DNA from: Bacteroidota bacterium
GTDB lineage: Bacteria > Bacteroidota > Bacteroidia > Bacteroidales > VadinHA17
DNA length: 64,000 nucleotides
Assembly: GCA_011049175.1 (NCBI GenBank)
Contig: DSCJ01000015.1
Span: forward strand, 9,615-73,614
Direction: 5' to 3'
Part shown: piece after piece, positions 8,252 to 17,723 of the stretch
How positions within the stretch are numbered: position 1 is the stretch's first letter
How the letters are laid out: the number at the start of each line of letters is the position of its first letter
Position numbers and translations under genes: made by a program
Notes under the pieces: model-generated
What the model was told of the DNA's origin: nothing
Databases searched by the model: none
What the model saw: only the letters and a program-made list of their open reading frames with translations

Positions 8252-9778
8252 ATGAGTGGTTTAAAAAAGATCAAAACCGCACTTATCTCGGTGTATCACA
8301 AGGAAAACCTGGATAAATTGATCAAAGTCCTTCACCGGGAGAAAGTGCAGCTATTTTCCACCGGGGGCACCCGATCGTTTATAGAATCACTGGGTATACC
8401 GGTAACCGGTGTTGAAGAGCTTACCGGTTACCCATCCATTTTAGGTGGAAGGGTGAAGACCCTGCATCCGAAGGTATTTGGAGGGATCCTTGGCAGGAGG
8501 GATGAAGAAACCGATCAGTATGAGATGAAAGAGTACCATATCCCTGTGGTGGATATGGTGGTGGTGGACCTGTATCCGTTTGCAGAAACGGTGGCATCAG
8601 GGGCCGGGGAAAATGAAATTATTGAGAAGATCGATATTGGAGGGGTTTCACTGATCAGGGCAGCTGCAAAAAATTTTCACGATGTGCTGATTGTTTCCCA
8701 CCGCTCCCAGTATGAGGAAGTGACAGAGGTGCTGGCATCGGGGAAGGGCGAAACGGACCTGGCATTCAGGCGCCGGTATGCGGTGTATGCTTTCCATGTT
8801 ACATCTGATTATGATATTAGGATTTTCGAATATTTCAACCGGGGGGTGGGTTTTTCTTTTCATAAACAGAGCCTGGAGCATTCACGTTCGTTACGGTACG
8901 GGGAGAATCCGCACCAGTCAGCCAGGTATTTCGGGAACCTGGATCAGGTTTTCGAACAGTTGCACGGGAAAGAGATATCATACAACAACCTGCTGGATAT
9001 TGATGCTGCCCTCTGCCTGACCGGAGAATTTGATGAAACCACCCTGGCTATTATCAAGCACAACAATGCCTGTGGTATTGCTTCCAGAAAAAGACTTCCC
9101 GATGCATGGAAAGATGCTCTGGCAGGGGATCCGGTTTCGGCTTTCGGAGGGATTATTGTGTCCAACAGTCCGGTGGATATGCAAACCGCCACGGAAATGA
9201 ACAAGATATTCTTTGAGGTGATGATGGCTCCCGGCTATGAGGAAGACGCCCTCCAAATACTGAAGTCGAAGAAGAACCGCATCATCTTGAAAACGAAAGA
9301 TACCCGATTTCCCGCCAGGCAGTACCGTTCGTTGCTGAACGGTTTGATTGCACAGGACCGGGACACCCGTACCGAATCGGTCAGCGATTTAAAAACAGTT
9401 ACGAAAGCAAGTCCTACGGATGAGGTCAGGGAAGACCTTCTGTTTGCCAACAAAATTGTGAAGCACACCAAATCCAATGCCATTGTGCTGGCCAAAAACA
9501 AGCAATTGCTGGGGAGTGGTACCGGACAAACCAGCCGGGTCGATGCCCTGAAGCAGGCCATAGAGAAAGCCAGGGAATTTGGTCATGACCTGGAAGGGGC
9601 TGTGATGGCTTCCGATGCCTTTTTCCCTTTTGCCGATTCGGTGGAAATTGCATTCAAGGCAGGGATCAGATCAGTGATCCAGCCGGGAGGATCGATCCGT
9701 GATGAAGATTCGGTAAGGTTTTGCGATGAACATGGCATGTCGATGATTTTCACAGGAGTGAGGCATTTTAAACATTAA
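8252..9778 (+). CDS. purH: bifunctional AICAR transformylase / IMP cyclohydrolase
   Basis: Has an MGS-like N-domain ('ALISVYHK', 'STGGTRSF') and transformylase motifs ('YGENPHQ', 'IKHNNACG'). I chose the start at ATG 8252; the 22-codon extension to 8186 is hydrophobic junk. Confidence 0.95.
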   Translation: MSGLKKIKTALISVYHKENLDKLIKVLHREKVQLFSTGGTRSFIESLGIPVTGVEELTGYPSILGGRVKTLHPKVFGGILGRRDEETDQYEMKEYHIPVVDMVVVDLYPFAETVASGAGENEIIEKIDIGGVSLIRAAAKNFHDVLIVSHRSQYEEVTEVLASGKGETDLAFRRRYAVYAFHVTSDYDIRIFEYFNRGVGFSFHKQSLEHSRSLRYGENPHQSARYFGNLDQVFEQLHGKEISYNNLLDIDAALCLTGEFDETTLAIIKHNNACGIASRKRLPDAWKDALAGDPVSAFGGIIVSNSPVDMQTATEMNKIFFEVMMAPGYEEDALQILKSKKNRIILKTKDTRFPARQYRSLLNGLIAQDRDTRTESVSDLKTVTKASPTDEVREDLLFANKIVKHTKSNAIVLAKNKQLLGSGTGQTSRVDALKQAIEKAREFGHDLEGAVMASDAFFPFADSVEIAFKAGIRSVIQPGGSIRDEDSVRFCDEHGMSMIFTGVRHFKH

Positions 9779-9784
9779 AATATT

Positions 9785-9792
9785 TACATTTG
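9785..9792 (+). promoter_or_regulatory. putative -7 promoter box TACATTTG upstream of mreB
   Basis: An exact TAnnTTTG match ends 25 nt upstream of the mreB ATG. Confidence 0.45.
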
Positions 9793-9816
9793 TAATCAAC
9801 TTTAGCGAAAGCATTT

Positions 9817-10839
9817 ATGGGAATATTTTCATTCTTGACGCAGGAATTGGCCATTGACCTGGGAACAGCCAATACCATCATCATTCACAATGACAAGGTA
9901 GTGGTGGATGAGCCTTCCATTGTAGCCATTGATCAGGCAACCAATAAACTGATAGCCATTGGAGAGAAGGCCAGGCAGATGCATGGGAAGACACATGAAA
10001 ACATCAAAACCATAAGACCGTTGCGTGACGGGGTCATTGCCGATTTTCATGCGGCCGAACTGATGATTCGGGGCATGATCAAGATGATCAACAGCAAACC
10101 CCAGCTGTTTTCGCCTTCACTGCGGATGGTGGTATGCATCCCTTCGGGAAGCACCGAAGTGGAAGTAAGGGCCGTACGGGATTCTTCGGAACATGCGGGA
10201 GGCAGGGATGTTTACCTGATTTATGAGCCCATGGCTGCTGCCATCGGTATAGGAATTGATGTGGAAGCACCCACGGGGAGTATGGTAGTGGATATCGGAG
10301 GAGGAACCACCGAAATAGCCGTGATTGCTCTGGGCGGCATTGTTTGTAATAAATCGATTAGGGTGGCGGGCGATAGTTTTACGGCGGATATTCAGGCTTA
10401 CATGCGGCATCAGCACAATATCAAGATCGGCGAACGTACTGCCGAAGATATCAAAATAAATGTTGGTTCGGCCCTGACCGATCTGGATGATCCTCCGCCC
10501 GATTACATTGTGCGGGGACCGAATCTGATGACAGCCATGCCTATTGAGATACCGATTTCATACCAGGAAATAGCCCATTGTCTTGACAAATCCATTTCAA
10601 AGGTGGAGACAGCCATTCTGGGTGTTCTGGAGCAAACCCCGCCCGAACTGTATGCGGATATTGTCAATACCGGCATCTATCTGGCTGGAGGCGGGGCCCT
10701 GTTACGCGGACTGGACAAGCGGCTCAGCGACAAGATCAGCATCCCTTTCCACGTGGCCGAAGATCCGTTGCATGCCGTGGCACGCGGAACAGGCATTGCC
10801 CTGAAGAATGTGGACCGGTTTTCTTTCCTGATGAGATAA
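9817..10839 (+). CDS. mreB: rod shape-determining actin homolog MreB
   Basis: Contains the actin-fold ATPase motifs 'AIDLGTANT' and 'DIGGGTTE'. 340 aa. Confidence 0.95.
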   Translation: MGIFSFLTQELAIDLGTANTIIIHNDKVVVDEPSIVAIDQATNKLIAIGEKARQMHGKTHENIKTIRPLRDGVIADFHAAELMIRGMIKMINSKPQLFSPSLRMVVCIPSGSTEVEVRAVRDSSEHAGGRDVYLIYEPMAAAIGIGIDVEAPTGSMVVDIGGGTTEIAVIALGGIVCNKSIRVAGDSFTADIQAYMRHQHNIKIGERTAEDIKINVGSALTDLDDPPPDYIVRGPNLMTAMPIEIPISYQEIAHCLDKSISKVETAILGVLEQTPPELYADIVNTGIYLAGGGALLRGLDKRLSDKISIPFHVAEDPLHAVARGTGIALKNVDRFSFLMR

Positions 10840-10862
10840 GCTAAAAAAGTAAGGACACAGGA

Positions 10863-11690
10863 ATGCGAAATTTAATCCGTTTTTTACTAAAGTATTATCT
10901 CGTTTTCCTGTTCCTGGCCCTGGAGGTGGTTTCACTGGCAATATTTTTTCAACGAAACGAATTCCAGCGGGCCGGTATTCTGAATGCCACCGACCGTTTG
11001 AAGGGGGCTTATCACCAAAAGCTGGGGAACCTGCGTTCTTACCTTTACCTGAGGGAATTGAACAGGCAACTGGCTGAAGAAAATATCAGGCTGAAAAACG
11101 AGCTCGGAAGGGCATACGAATCGGAAGAAATCTTTTTCTATTCCGTGCATGACAGTGTCAGAGGGCAAAGCTATTATTATACTCCCGCCCGGGTGATCAA
11201 CAATACCATAAACAAACAAAGGAACTATATTACACTTGATAAGGGGAGGGTTGACGGGATCAAGGAAGAAGACGGGGTGATCTGTCCCAGTGGTCTGGTG
11301 GGAGTGGTTTACCGGGTTTCTCCATATTTTTCCACGGTACTGTCGGTACTGAATCTGGATTTTCGGGTCAGTGCCAGAATGAAAAAGAACAACTATTACG
11401 GGTCACTTTTCTGGGACGGACTGGATTACCGTTTTGCCACGCTGACAGAAATTCCACATCATGTGGATGTATTACCGGGGGATACCATACTTACCAGCGG
11501 CTATTCAGCCATTTTCCCGGAAGGAGTGATGGTAGGGGTGGTTGACAAGGTTAGCAGGAAAGGGGGCGACTTCCTGGAGATCAGGGTAAGACTGGCTACG
11601 GATTTCAAGAACCTGGTGCAGGTACAGGTGGTTACCAATCTGAGAAAAGAGGAAAGAAAGTCAATCGAAAATTTATCCAACAGTGATTGA
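10863..11690 (+). CDS. mreC: rod shape-determining protein MreC
   Basis: Has an N-terminal TM helix, a coiled-coil segment and a beta-rich C-terminus. It sits between mreB and mreD. Confidence 0.85.
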   Translation: MRNLIRFLLKYYLVFLFLALEVVSLAIFFQRNEFQRAGILNATDRLKGAYHQKLGNLRSYLYLRELNRQLAEENIRLKNELGRAYESEEIFFYSVHDSVRGQSYYYTPARVINNTINKQRNYITLDKGRVDGIKEEDGVICPSGLVGVVYRVSPYFSTVLSVLNLDFRVSARMKKNNYYGSLFWDGLDYRFATLTEIPHHVDVLPGDTILTSGYSAIFPEGVMVGVVDKVSRKGGDFLEIRVRLATDFKNLVQVQVVTNLRKEERKSIENLSNSD

Positions 11691-12189
11691 GATCATTCCA
11701 CGGAATATTTTCCGGTTTATCGTGCTGGTGCTGATACAGGTACTGATTCTCAATAATATTGAGTTCTCAGGATATATCAATCCTTTTCTGTACGTTCTTT
11801 TCATCCTTCTCCTTCCCTTTGAAACACCCGCCTGGTTACTTCTGGTTTCCGGATTTGTGCTGGGTTTGACCGTCGATCTGTTCATGAATACTCCGGGTTT
11901 GCATGCAGCGGCCACGGTGCTGATGGCCTTTGTCCGGCCTTTTGTTCTCAGGATTTTCGCTCCCCGTGACGGATATGAACCCGGGACATTCCCCCGGATT
12001 TTCTATTACGGAGTTTCCTGGTTCTTTAAATATTCCGCCCTACTGATCGTGATTCATCATTTTTTTCTGTTTTATCTGGAAGTGTTTCGTTTTACCGATT
12101 TCTTTTCCACTTTTTCCCGGGTTATTCTGAGTTCCGTGTTTTCAATTATTTTGGTAGTTTTGAGTCAGTTTGTGATGTTCAGAAAATAA
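11683..12189 (+). CDS. mreD: rod shape-determining protein MreD
   Basis: A 168-aa polytopic membrane protein. It overlaps the mreC stop by 8 nt and sits in the mreBCD position. Confidence 0.7.
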   Translation: MIEIIPRNIFRFIVLVLIQVLILNNIEFSGYINPFLYVLFILLLPFETPAWLLLVSGFVLGLTVDLFMNTPGLHAAATVLMAFVRPFVLRIFAPRDGYEPGTFPRIFYYGVSWFFKYSALLIVIHHFFLFYLEVFRFTDFFSTFSRVILSSVFSIILVVLSQFVMFRK

Positions 12190-12198
12190 CCCGAGGAA

Positions 12199-14043
12199 GT
12201 GGTCAATCCCTATGCTGAAAGAAAGTTTGTGGTCGGGGCTCTCCTGATTCTTGTTATCCTAGTATATCTGGGACGGTTGTTTCATCTTCAGGTAATTGAC
12301 AGGACTTACCGCTTATCGGCCAGCAGCAACGTATTACGGTATGTGACGCAGTATCCTGCCCGGGGATTGATTTATGACCGGAACGGAAAGCTTATGGTAT
12401 ATAATGAGGCGGCTTATGATGTGATGATCAATCCCAGGCAATTGTCGGAGTTCGATACGGCTGATTTCTGCAGGATCCTGGGTGTGACACGCAAAAAGGT
12501 AGACGATGCCATTGCCGGTGCCAGGAAATATTCCATGTACAGACCGTCACCTTTCCTGAAACAAATCTCGGCGGAGACCTATGCTGTTTTTCAGGAAAAA
12601 ATGTACAAATTCCCCGGTTTTTTTGTTCAGCCCAGAACACTCAGGAAATATACGGATCAAACTGCAGCCCATGTACTGGGTTACGTAGGGGAGGTGGATG
12701 AAAAGACCATTGCATCAGATCCCTATTATTCCATGGGCGATTATATCGGGATCAGCGGGGTTGAGAAAACTTATGAGGAGTTGTTGCGTGGGAGAAAGGG
12801 AGTGAATGTATATCTGGTGGATGTACACAACCGGATACAGGGTTCCTATATGGACGGAATATTTGATTCAGCGTCGGTTGCCGGCACGGATATTTATCTT
12901 ACCATGGACCATGATCTGCAGGCATACGGTGAAAAGCTGATGCGGAACAAGATTGGCAGTATTGTGGCCATCGAACCCCTGACAGGGGAAATCCTATCCA
13001 TGGTGAGTTCTCCCAGCTACGATCCGGCTCTGCTGGTTGGACGAATCCGTTCGGAAAATTATCAGAAATTGAGTCAGGATACACTAAAACCCTTGTTCAA
13101 CCGGGCCCTCATGGCACAATATCCACCGGGATCAACCTTCAAGGTAGTGAATGCACTGGTAGGATTGCAGGAGGGGGTGGTTTCTTACGAAACGGAATAC
13201 ACTTGTAATATGGGGTATCATGCAGGTGGGATTTCTGTTGGATGCCATGTACACGATTCTCCGCTGAACCTACCGGAAGCCATTCAGAATTCATGCAATG
13301 CATACTTTTGCAATGTGTTCAGGAATATTCTCGATAATCCCAGGTATTCCAGTGTTACGGAAGCATTTCAACAATGGCGCAATCATGTGGTTTCTTTTGG
13401 ATTCGGACAAAAACTGGGTATTGACCTGGCCAGCGAACTGAGCGGCAATATTCCCGAAAGCAGTTATTACGATTATTATTACGGAGAAAACAGATGGAAG
13501 TCACTCACTCTTATTTCTCTGGCTATTGGACAGGGGGAACTTCTCATTACTCCCCTGCAGATGGCTAATCTGGCAGCTACCTTGGCCAACAGGGGATATT
13601 ATTATGTCCCTCATATTTTTAAAGAAGGGGCTGATGGTAGAGAGTCTGCAAACCGGTTCAGTGTGATCCATGAAACCACAATTGACTCAACATGGTTTGA
13701 AATCGTGGCCGAAGGCATGGATCTGGCGGTAAACGGTCCTCCCGGAAGCGGAAGTACCGCTCGCATAGCTGCTATTCCAGGGATAAGGGTATGCGGGAAA
13801 ACCGGAACGGCTGAAAATCCTCATGGAGAAGACCATTCCATTTTTATTGCCTATGCTCCCAAAGAAGATCCCTGCATAGCGGTGGCAGTTTATGTTGAGA
13901 ACGGAGGCTTCGGTGCCACGTATGCTGCACCCATAGCCAGCTTGATGATCGAAAAATACATGAACAGAGAAATTAAAAGAACCTGGCTCGAAAAATACAT
14001 ACTGGATACCAATCTGCTGATCAGGGATGAAGAGAACGATTAA
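12199..14043 (+). CDS. mrdA: penicillin-binding protein 2 (elongasome transpeptidase)
   Basis: Contains the motifs SxxK 'GSTFK', SxN 'NSCN' and 'KTGTAE', and has an N-terminal TM anchor. GTG start. Confidence 0.9.
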   Translation: MVNPYAERKFVVGALLILVILVYLGRLFHLQVIDRTYRLSASSNVLRYVTQYPARGLIYDRNGKLMVYNEAAYDVMINPRQLSEFDTADFCRILGVTRKKVDDAIAGARKYSMYRPSPFLKQISAETYAVFQEKMYKFPGFFVQPRTLRKYTDQTAAHVLGYVGEVDEKTIASDPYYSMGDYIGISGVEKTYEELLRGRKGVNVYLVDVHNRIQGSYMDGIFDSASVAGTDIYLTMDHDLQAYGEKLMRNKIGSIVAIEPLTGEILSMVSSPSYDPALLVGRIRSENYQKLSQDTLKPLFNRALMAQYPPGSTFKVVNALVGLQEGVVSYETEYTCNMGYHAGGISVGCHVHDSPLNLPEAIQNSCNAYFCNVFRNILDNPRYSSVTEAFQQWRNHVVSFGFGQKLGIDLASELSGNIPESSYYDYYYGENRWKSLTLISLAIGQGELLITPLQMANLAATLANRGYYYVPHIFKEGADGRESANRFSVIHETTIDSTWFEIVAEGMDLAVNGPPGSGSTARIAAIPGIRVCGKTGTAENPHGEDHSIFIAYAPKEDPCIAVAVYVENGGFGATYAAPIASLMIEKYMNREIKRTWLEKYILDTNLLIRDEEND

Positions 14044-15448
14044 CATATGGGCCAATACGGACTGGACCGTAGTGTTTTTGTATGCCCTGATGGTTATCAT
14101 GGGTTGGCTCAATATCTATTCGGTTGCATACAACGAGCAACACAGCAGCATTTTTGACTTTTCCCAGCGGTACGGAAGGCAGCTGGTGTGGATACTGTTT
14201 GCATTTACCCTGGCCTTTCTTACCATGCTGATGGAATGGAGGTTCTTTTTGTTTTTTTCCTATCTGTTCTATGTCCTGGCAATTCTTTCCCTGATCCTGG
14301 TTTTGCTGGTGGGAACCAGAATACATGGTTCAAAATCGTGGTTCAGCCTTGGCAGTCTGGCCATTCAGCCGGCTGAATTTGCCAAGGTGGCCGTGGCTCT
14401 GACCCTGGCCAGGTACCTCAGTGCATACAATATCAAAATCAGGTCGTTTAAGACGATAGCCACCAGCCTCTCGCTGATGATTGTCCCTGCCGTTCTCGTT
14501 CTATTGCAGCCCGATACCGGATCGGCCATGGTTTTTTTATCGTTTTTTATTGTCCTTTTCAGGGAAGGTCTGCCCATTTCCTTTCTGTTGCTTGGATTTC
14601 TGGCCATTCTTTTATTTATCCTGTCGCTTTTTGTCGAGCAGTGGATATTGTTTGCCGGTTTGATGGGAATAGCCCTGCTAACCCTCTGGTGGGTTTCGGG
14701 GAAGTTCAGGTTTTTTCTTGTTTCACTGCTGATTCTGTCTGTTACGGTGGCCGGGGTGGTACTTGCGAATCATTTGTTGCATTTGGGTCTTTCCCTGACA
14801 GTGATCTTCGGGCTTGCCCTTTTGATCCCTTCCCCAGTTTTTGCTTATTATCTCTTCAGGTACCGATTCAGGCAGGGATTATTCATTTATCTGATGCTTG
14901 GAGGGTTAATGGCGTATTCTTATTCGGCCGATGTCGTTATGCACCAGGTGCTGAGCGAACACCAGCAACGAAGAATCAAGATTTTGCTGGGAATCGAGTC
15001 AGACCCGTTCGGATACGGTTACAATATCAATCAGTCGAAAATTGCCATTGGCTCCGGAGGGTTCTGGGGGAAAGGGTATTTGCAGGGGACACAGACCAAG
15101 TTTCATTTTGTTCCTGAACAGAGCACCGATTTCATTTTCTGTACCGTTGGCGAGGAATGGGGGTTTGTTGGTTCGGCTGTGATCATTTTGCTTTATCTCT
15201 TTCTGCTGATCAGAATTATTATCATGGCGGAACGTCAGCGGTCGTCGTTTACCCGGATGTACGGTTACGGAGTGTTTTCCGTTTTATTCCTGCACTTTTT
15301 TATCAATATAGGTATGACCATCGGTCTGGTTCCCGTTATCGGTATCCCATTGCCCTTCTTCAGTTACGGAGGGTCGTCCTTGTGGGCGTTTACTTTGCTC
15401 CTGTTTATATTTATCAGGCTGGATGCCAGCCGGCTTGAATTATTATGA
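14027..15448 (+). CDS. rodA: SEDS-family peptidoglycan polymerase RodA
   Basis: A polytopic FtsW/RodA/SpoVE-type protein ('FVPEQSTDFIF', 'FFSYGGSS'). It lies directly after mrdA. Confidence 0.9.
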   Translation: MKRTINIWANTDWTVVFLYALMVIMGWLNIYSVAYNEQHSSIFDFSQRYGRQLVWILFAFTLAFLTMLMEWRFFLFFSYLFYVLAILSLILVLLVGTRIHGSKSWFSLGSLAIQPAEFAKVAVALTLARYLSAYNIKIRSFKTIATSLSLMIVPAVLVLLQPDTGSAMVFLSFFIVLFREGLPISFLLLGFLAILLFILSLFVEQWILFAGLMGIALLTLWWVSGKFRFFLVSLLILSVTVAGVVLANHLLHLGLSLTVIFGLALLIPSPVFAYYLFRYRFRQGLFIYLMLGGLMAYSYSADVVMHQVLSEHQQRRIKILLGIESDPFGYGYNINQSKIAIGSGGFWGKGYLQGTQTKFHFVPEQSTDFIFCTVGEEWGFVGSAVIILLYLFLLIRIIIMAERQRSSFTRMYGYGVFSVLFLHFFINIGMTIGLVPVIGIPLPFFSYGGSSLWAFTLLLFIFIRLDASRLELL

Positions 15449-16039
15449 ACCCGCTTTTTCTGGATTCAACCGCAATTCCACATAGGATTGCAGAGAGGGG
15501 AAGAATTCCAGAAACTCTTGACGGAAAGAATCGTATTCGCGTACCAGTTCATGAATGGCATACTGGGCTTCGCCGGGAAGTGAGGTTCGCTGGCTCATGC
15601 GGTAAAGCACGCTTTCAATCCCCTCCACGGTCTGGTATGATTCCAGCCAGTTGTTGATGATGAAGAACGGGAGGAAACGCTTGACCAGGGGAGGGAATTT
15701 GGAGAAATTATCGGCAGCCAGCCGGTAAAAATTGTGAATGTACTCCTGCAGGGGTACATTGGCATACCGTTCCCATTCCACACACAGGAAATGGTCGTAA
15801 AAAATATCCACAATAATCCCGGAAAACTTGTGGTACCGGGCATTCAGATGAGTTTTGCTGCGGTGTACTACCGGGTGGGTATCGGTAAAAGAATCAATGG
15901 CCCGGTGCAAAATGATTCCTTTCCTGATACCATCGGGGTATTTCTGGTAATCCTTTCCCTTGACATAATCGCCCATAAAATTCCCCAGCATGATATCATT
16001 TTCACCCCCTGAAAGAAATATATGTGCAAGAAAATTCAT
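15443..16039 (-). CDS. acpH: acyl carrier protein phosphodiesterase
   Basis: The N-terminus 'MNFLAHIFLSG' is typical of AcpH. I chose the start at 16039 because a -7 box lies inside the longer ORF. Confidence 0.8.
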   Translation of the reverse strand: MNFLAHIFLSGGENDIMLGNFMGDYVKGKDYQKYPDGIRKGIILHRAIDSFTDTHPVVHRSKTHLNARYHKFSGIIVDIFYDHFLCVEWERYANVPLQEYIHNFYRLAADNFSKFPPLVKRFLPFFIINNWLESYQTVEGIESVLYRMSQRTSLPGEAQYAIHELVREYDSFRQEFLEFFPSLQSYVELRLNPEKAGS

Positions 16040-16060
16040 GAACTGTCGGATGATCCGGTA

Positions 16061-16068
16061 CAAAAATA
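16061..16068 (-). promoter_or_regulatory. putative -7 promoter box (TATTTTTG on the minus strand) upstream of acpH
   Basis: An exact TAnnTTTG match lies about 22 nt upstream of ATG 16039. Confidence 0.45.
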
Positions 16069-16214
16069 ACGAATGATCTTTACATTATATTCTTTAACAT
16101 ATTTTTCTTTCGATTTCCTGTAATGCATAGATATACAAAACGTTGATTGTAATAACCTGGTTGTGTGATCTGTGTACATGACAAAAGGGACTATGTCCTT
16201 CCGGGAGAAAACCA

Positions 16215-16222
16215 TACCTTTG
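16215..16222 (+). promoter_or_regulatory. putative -7 promoter box TACCTTTG upstream of the cpgS-like gene
   Basis: An exact TAnnTTTG match lies 40 nt upstream of ATG 16262. It sits inside the longer 16172 ORF, which argues for the 16262 start. Confidence 0.45.
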
Positions 16223-16261
16223 CACACATTCAATCAACTGTTCAATCTAAACATATACCAT

Positions 16262-17602
16262 ATGGAAAGAAAAAATGTAATTATAATTGGTGCCGCCGGA
16301 AGAGATTTTCATAATTTCAACACACACTTCCGGGGCAATGAGGCATACAGGGTAGTAGCTTTTACGGCTGCTCAGATACCTGATATTGATGGAAGGAAAT
16401 ATCCGGCCGAACTGGCCGGGGATCTTTATCCGGAAGGGATCCCCATTTATTCGGAGGAAGAATTGCCGGAACTGATCAAAAAGCTGAAGGTGCATGATTG
16501 TGTCTTTTCATACAGTGATGTTCCCTATTCCAGAGTGATGGCAGTTGGAGCGATTGTCAATGCTGCGGGGGCCAATTTCATTTTACTCGGGCCGGGTGAT
16601 ACGCAGCTGAAGAGCAGTAAGCCGGTAATAGCTGTCGGAGCCGTTCGAACGGGGTGCGGAAAGAGCCAGACATCGAGGAGGGTGATTGAGTTGCTGATGG
16701 AAAAGGGACTGAAAGTAGTGGCTGTACGTCATCCAATGCCTTACGGTAATCTGGTGGAACAGAATGTTCAGCGATTTGCCGAGATATCCGATCTGGAAAA
16801 GCATCACTGCACCATTGAAGAGATGGAAGAGTATGAACCACATGTGGTTCGCGGGAATGTGATTTATGCCGGTGTGGATTACGAAGCCATCCTGAGGGAA
16901 GCTGAGAAGGATCCGAAAGGGTGTGATGTGGTATTGTGGGACGGCGGAAACAACGATTTTTCCTTTTATATTCCTGATCTGATGATTACCGTTGCTGATC
17001 CGCACCGGGCAGGGCACGAACTGTCATATTATCCGGGTGAAGTGACCCTCCGGCTGGCCGATGTGGTTGTTATCAATAAAATCGACAGTGCTTCTCCGGA
17101 AAACATACAGAAGGTACGTGAAAATATTGAGAAAGTCAATCCCAAAGCCAGGGTGGTGGATGCGGCTTCTCCCATCCGTGTTGACGATCCTTCGGTGATC
17201 AAGGGGAAGAGGGTGCTGGTTGTGGAAGACGGACCTACCCTGACCCACGGTGAAATGAAAATCGGAGCCGGCGTGGTGGCAGCCCGTAAATACGGAGCTG
17301 AGGAAATGGTGGATCCTCGTCCTTTCCTTGCCGGCAAATTGCAGGAAACTTTCCAGACCTATCCCGGAATTGGAAGCCTTTTGCCTGCCATGGGGTACGG
17401 GAAAGAACAGTTGCGTGACCTCGAGGCCACCATTAACCGGACTGACTGTGATGCGGTTGTGATTGGCACCCCGATTGATCTTAACCGGATCATTAAGATT
17501 AATAAGCCCACCACCAGGGTTTATTATGATCTGCAGGAGATTGGAAAACCCGATCTGGAAGATGTGATTGATGATTTTCTCCGGAAGCATCAACTGAAAT
17601 AG
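16262..17602 (+). CDS. cyclic 2,3-diphosphoglycerate synthetase-like P-loop protein (often annotated 'GTPase')
   Basis: The N-terminus 'VIIIGAAGRDFHNFN...VVAFTAAQIP' and the Walker A motif 'GAVRTGCGKSQTS' match my memory of the cDPGS family. About 446 aa. Confidence 0.6.
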   Translation: MERKNVIIIGAAGRDFHNFNTHFRGNEAYRVVAFTAAQIPDIDGRKYPAELAGDLYPEGIPIYSEEELPELIKKLKVHDCVFSYSDVPYSRVMAVGAIVNAAGANFILLGPGDTQLKSSKPVIAVGAVRTGCGKSQTSRRVIELLMEKGLKVVAVRHPMPYGNLVEQNVQRFAEISDLEKHHCTIEEMEEYEPHVVRGNVIYAGVDYEAILREAEKDPKGCDVVLWDGGNNDFSFYIPDLMITVADPHRAGHELSYYPGEVTLRLADVVVINKIDSASPENIQKVRENIEKVNPKARVVDAASPIRVDDPSVIKGKRVLVVEDGPTLTHGEMKIGAGVVAARKYGAEEMVDPRPFLAGKLQETFQTYPGIGSLLPAMGYGKEQLRDLEATINRTDCDAVVIGTPIDLNRIIKINKPTTRVYYDLQEIGKPDLEDVIDDFLRKHQLK

Positions 17603-17621
17603 TTTTCCTTTTTTCAGGAAT

Positions 17622-17658
17622 GGAAAGAGCCGCACATCAGCGGCTCTTTCCCTTTTTA
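17622..17658 (+). terminator. rho-independent terminator between the convergent cpgS-like gene and pgi
   Basis: A perfect 12-bp stem (GGAAAGAGCCGC / GCGGCTCTTTCC) with a 6-nt loop is followed by CTTTTTA. Confidence 0.8.
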
Positions 17659-17723
17659 CAGGTGGTGGGAAACATGATTGAATAAAGACCCGGGAGTAAA
17701 TTCCATGCTGGGATTGTAAATGA

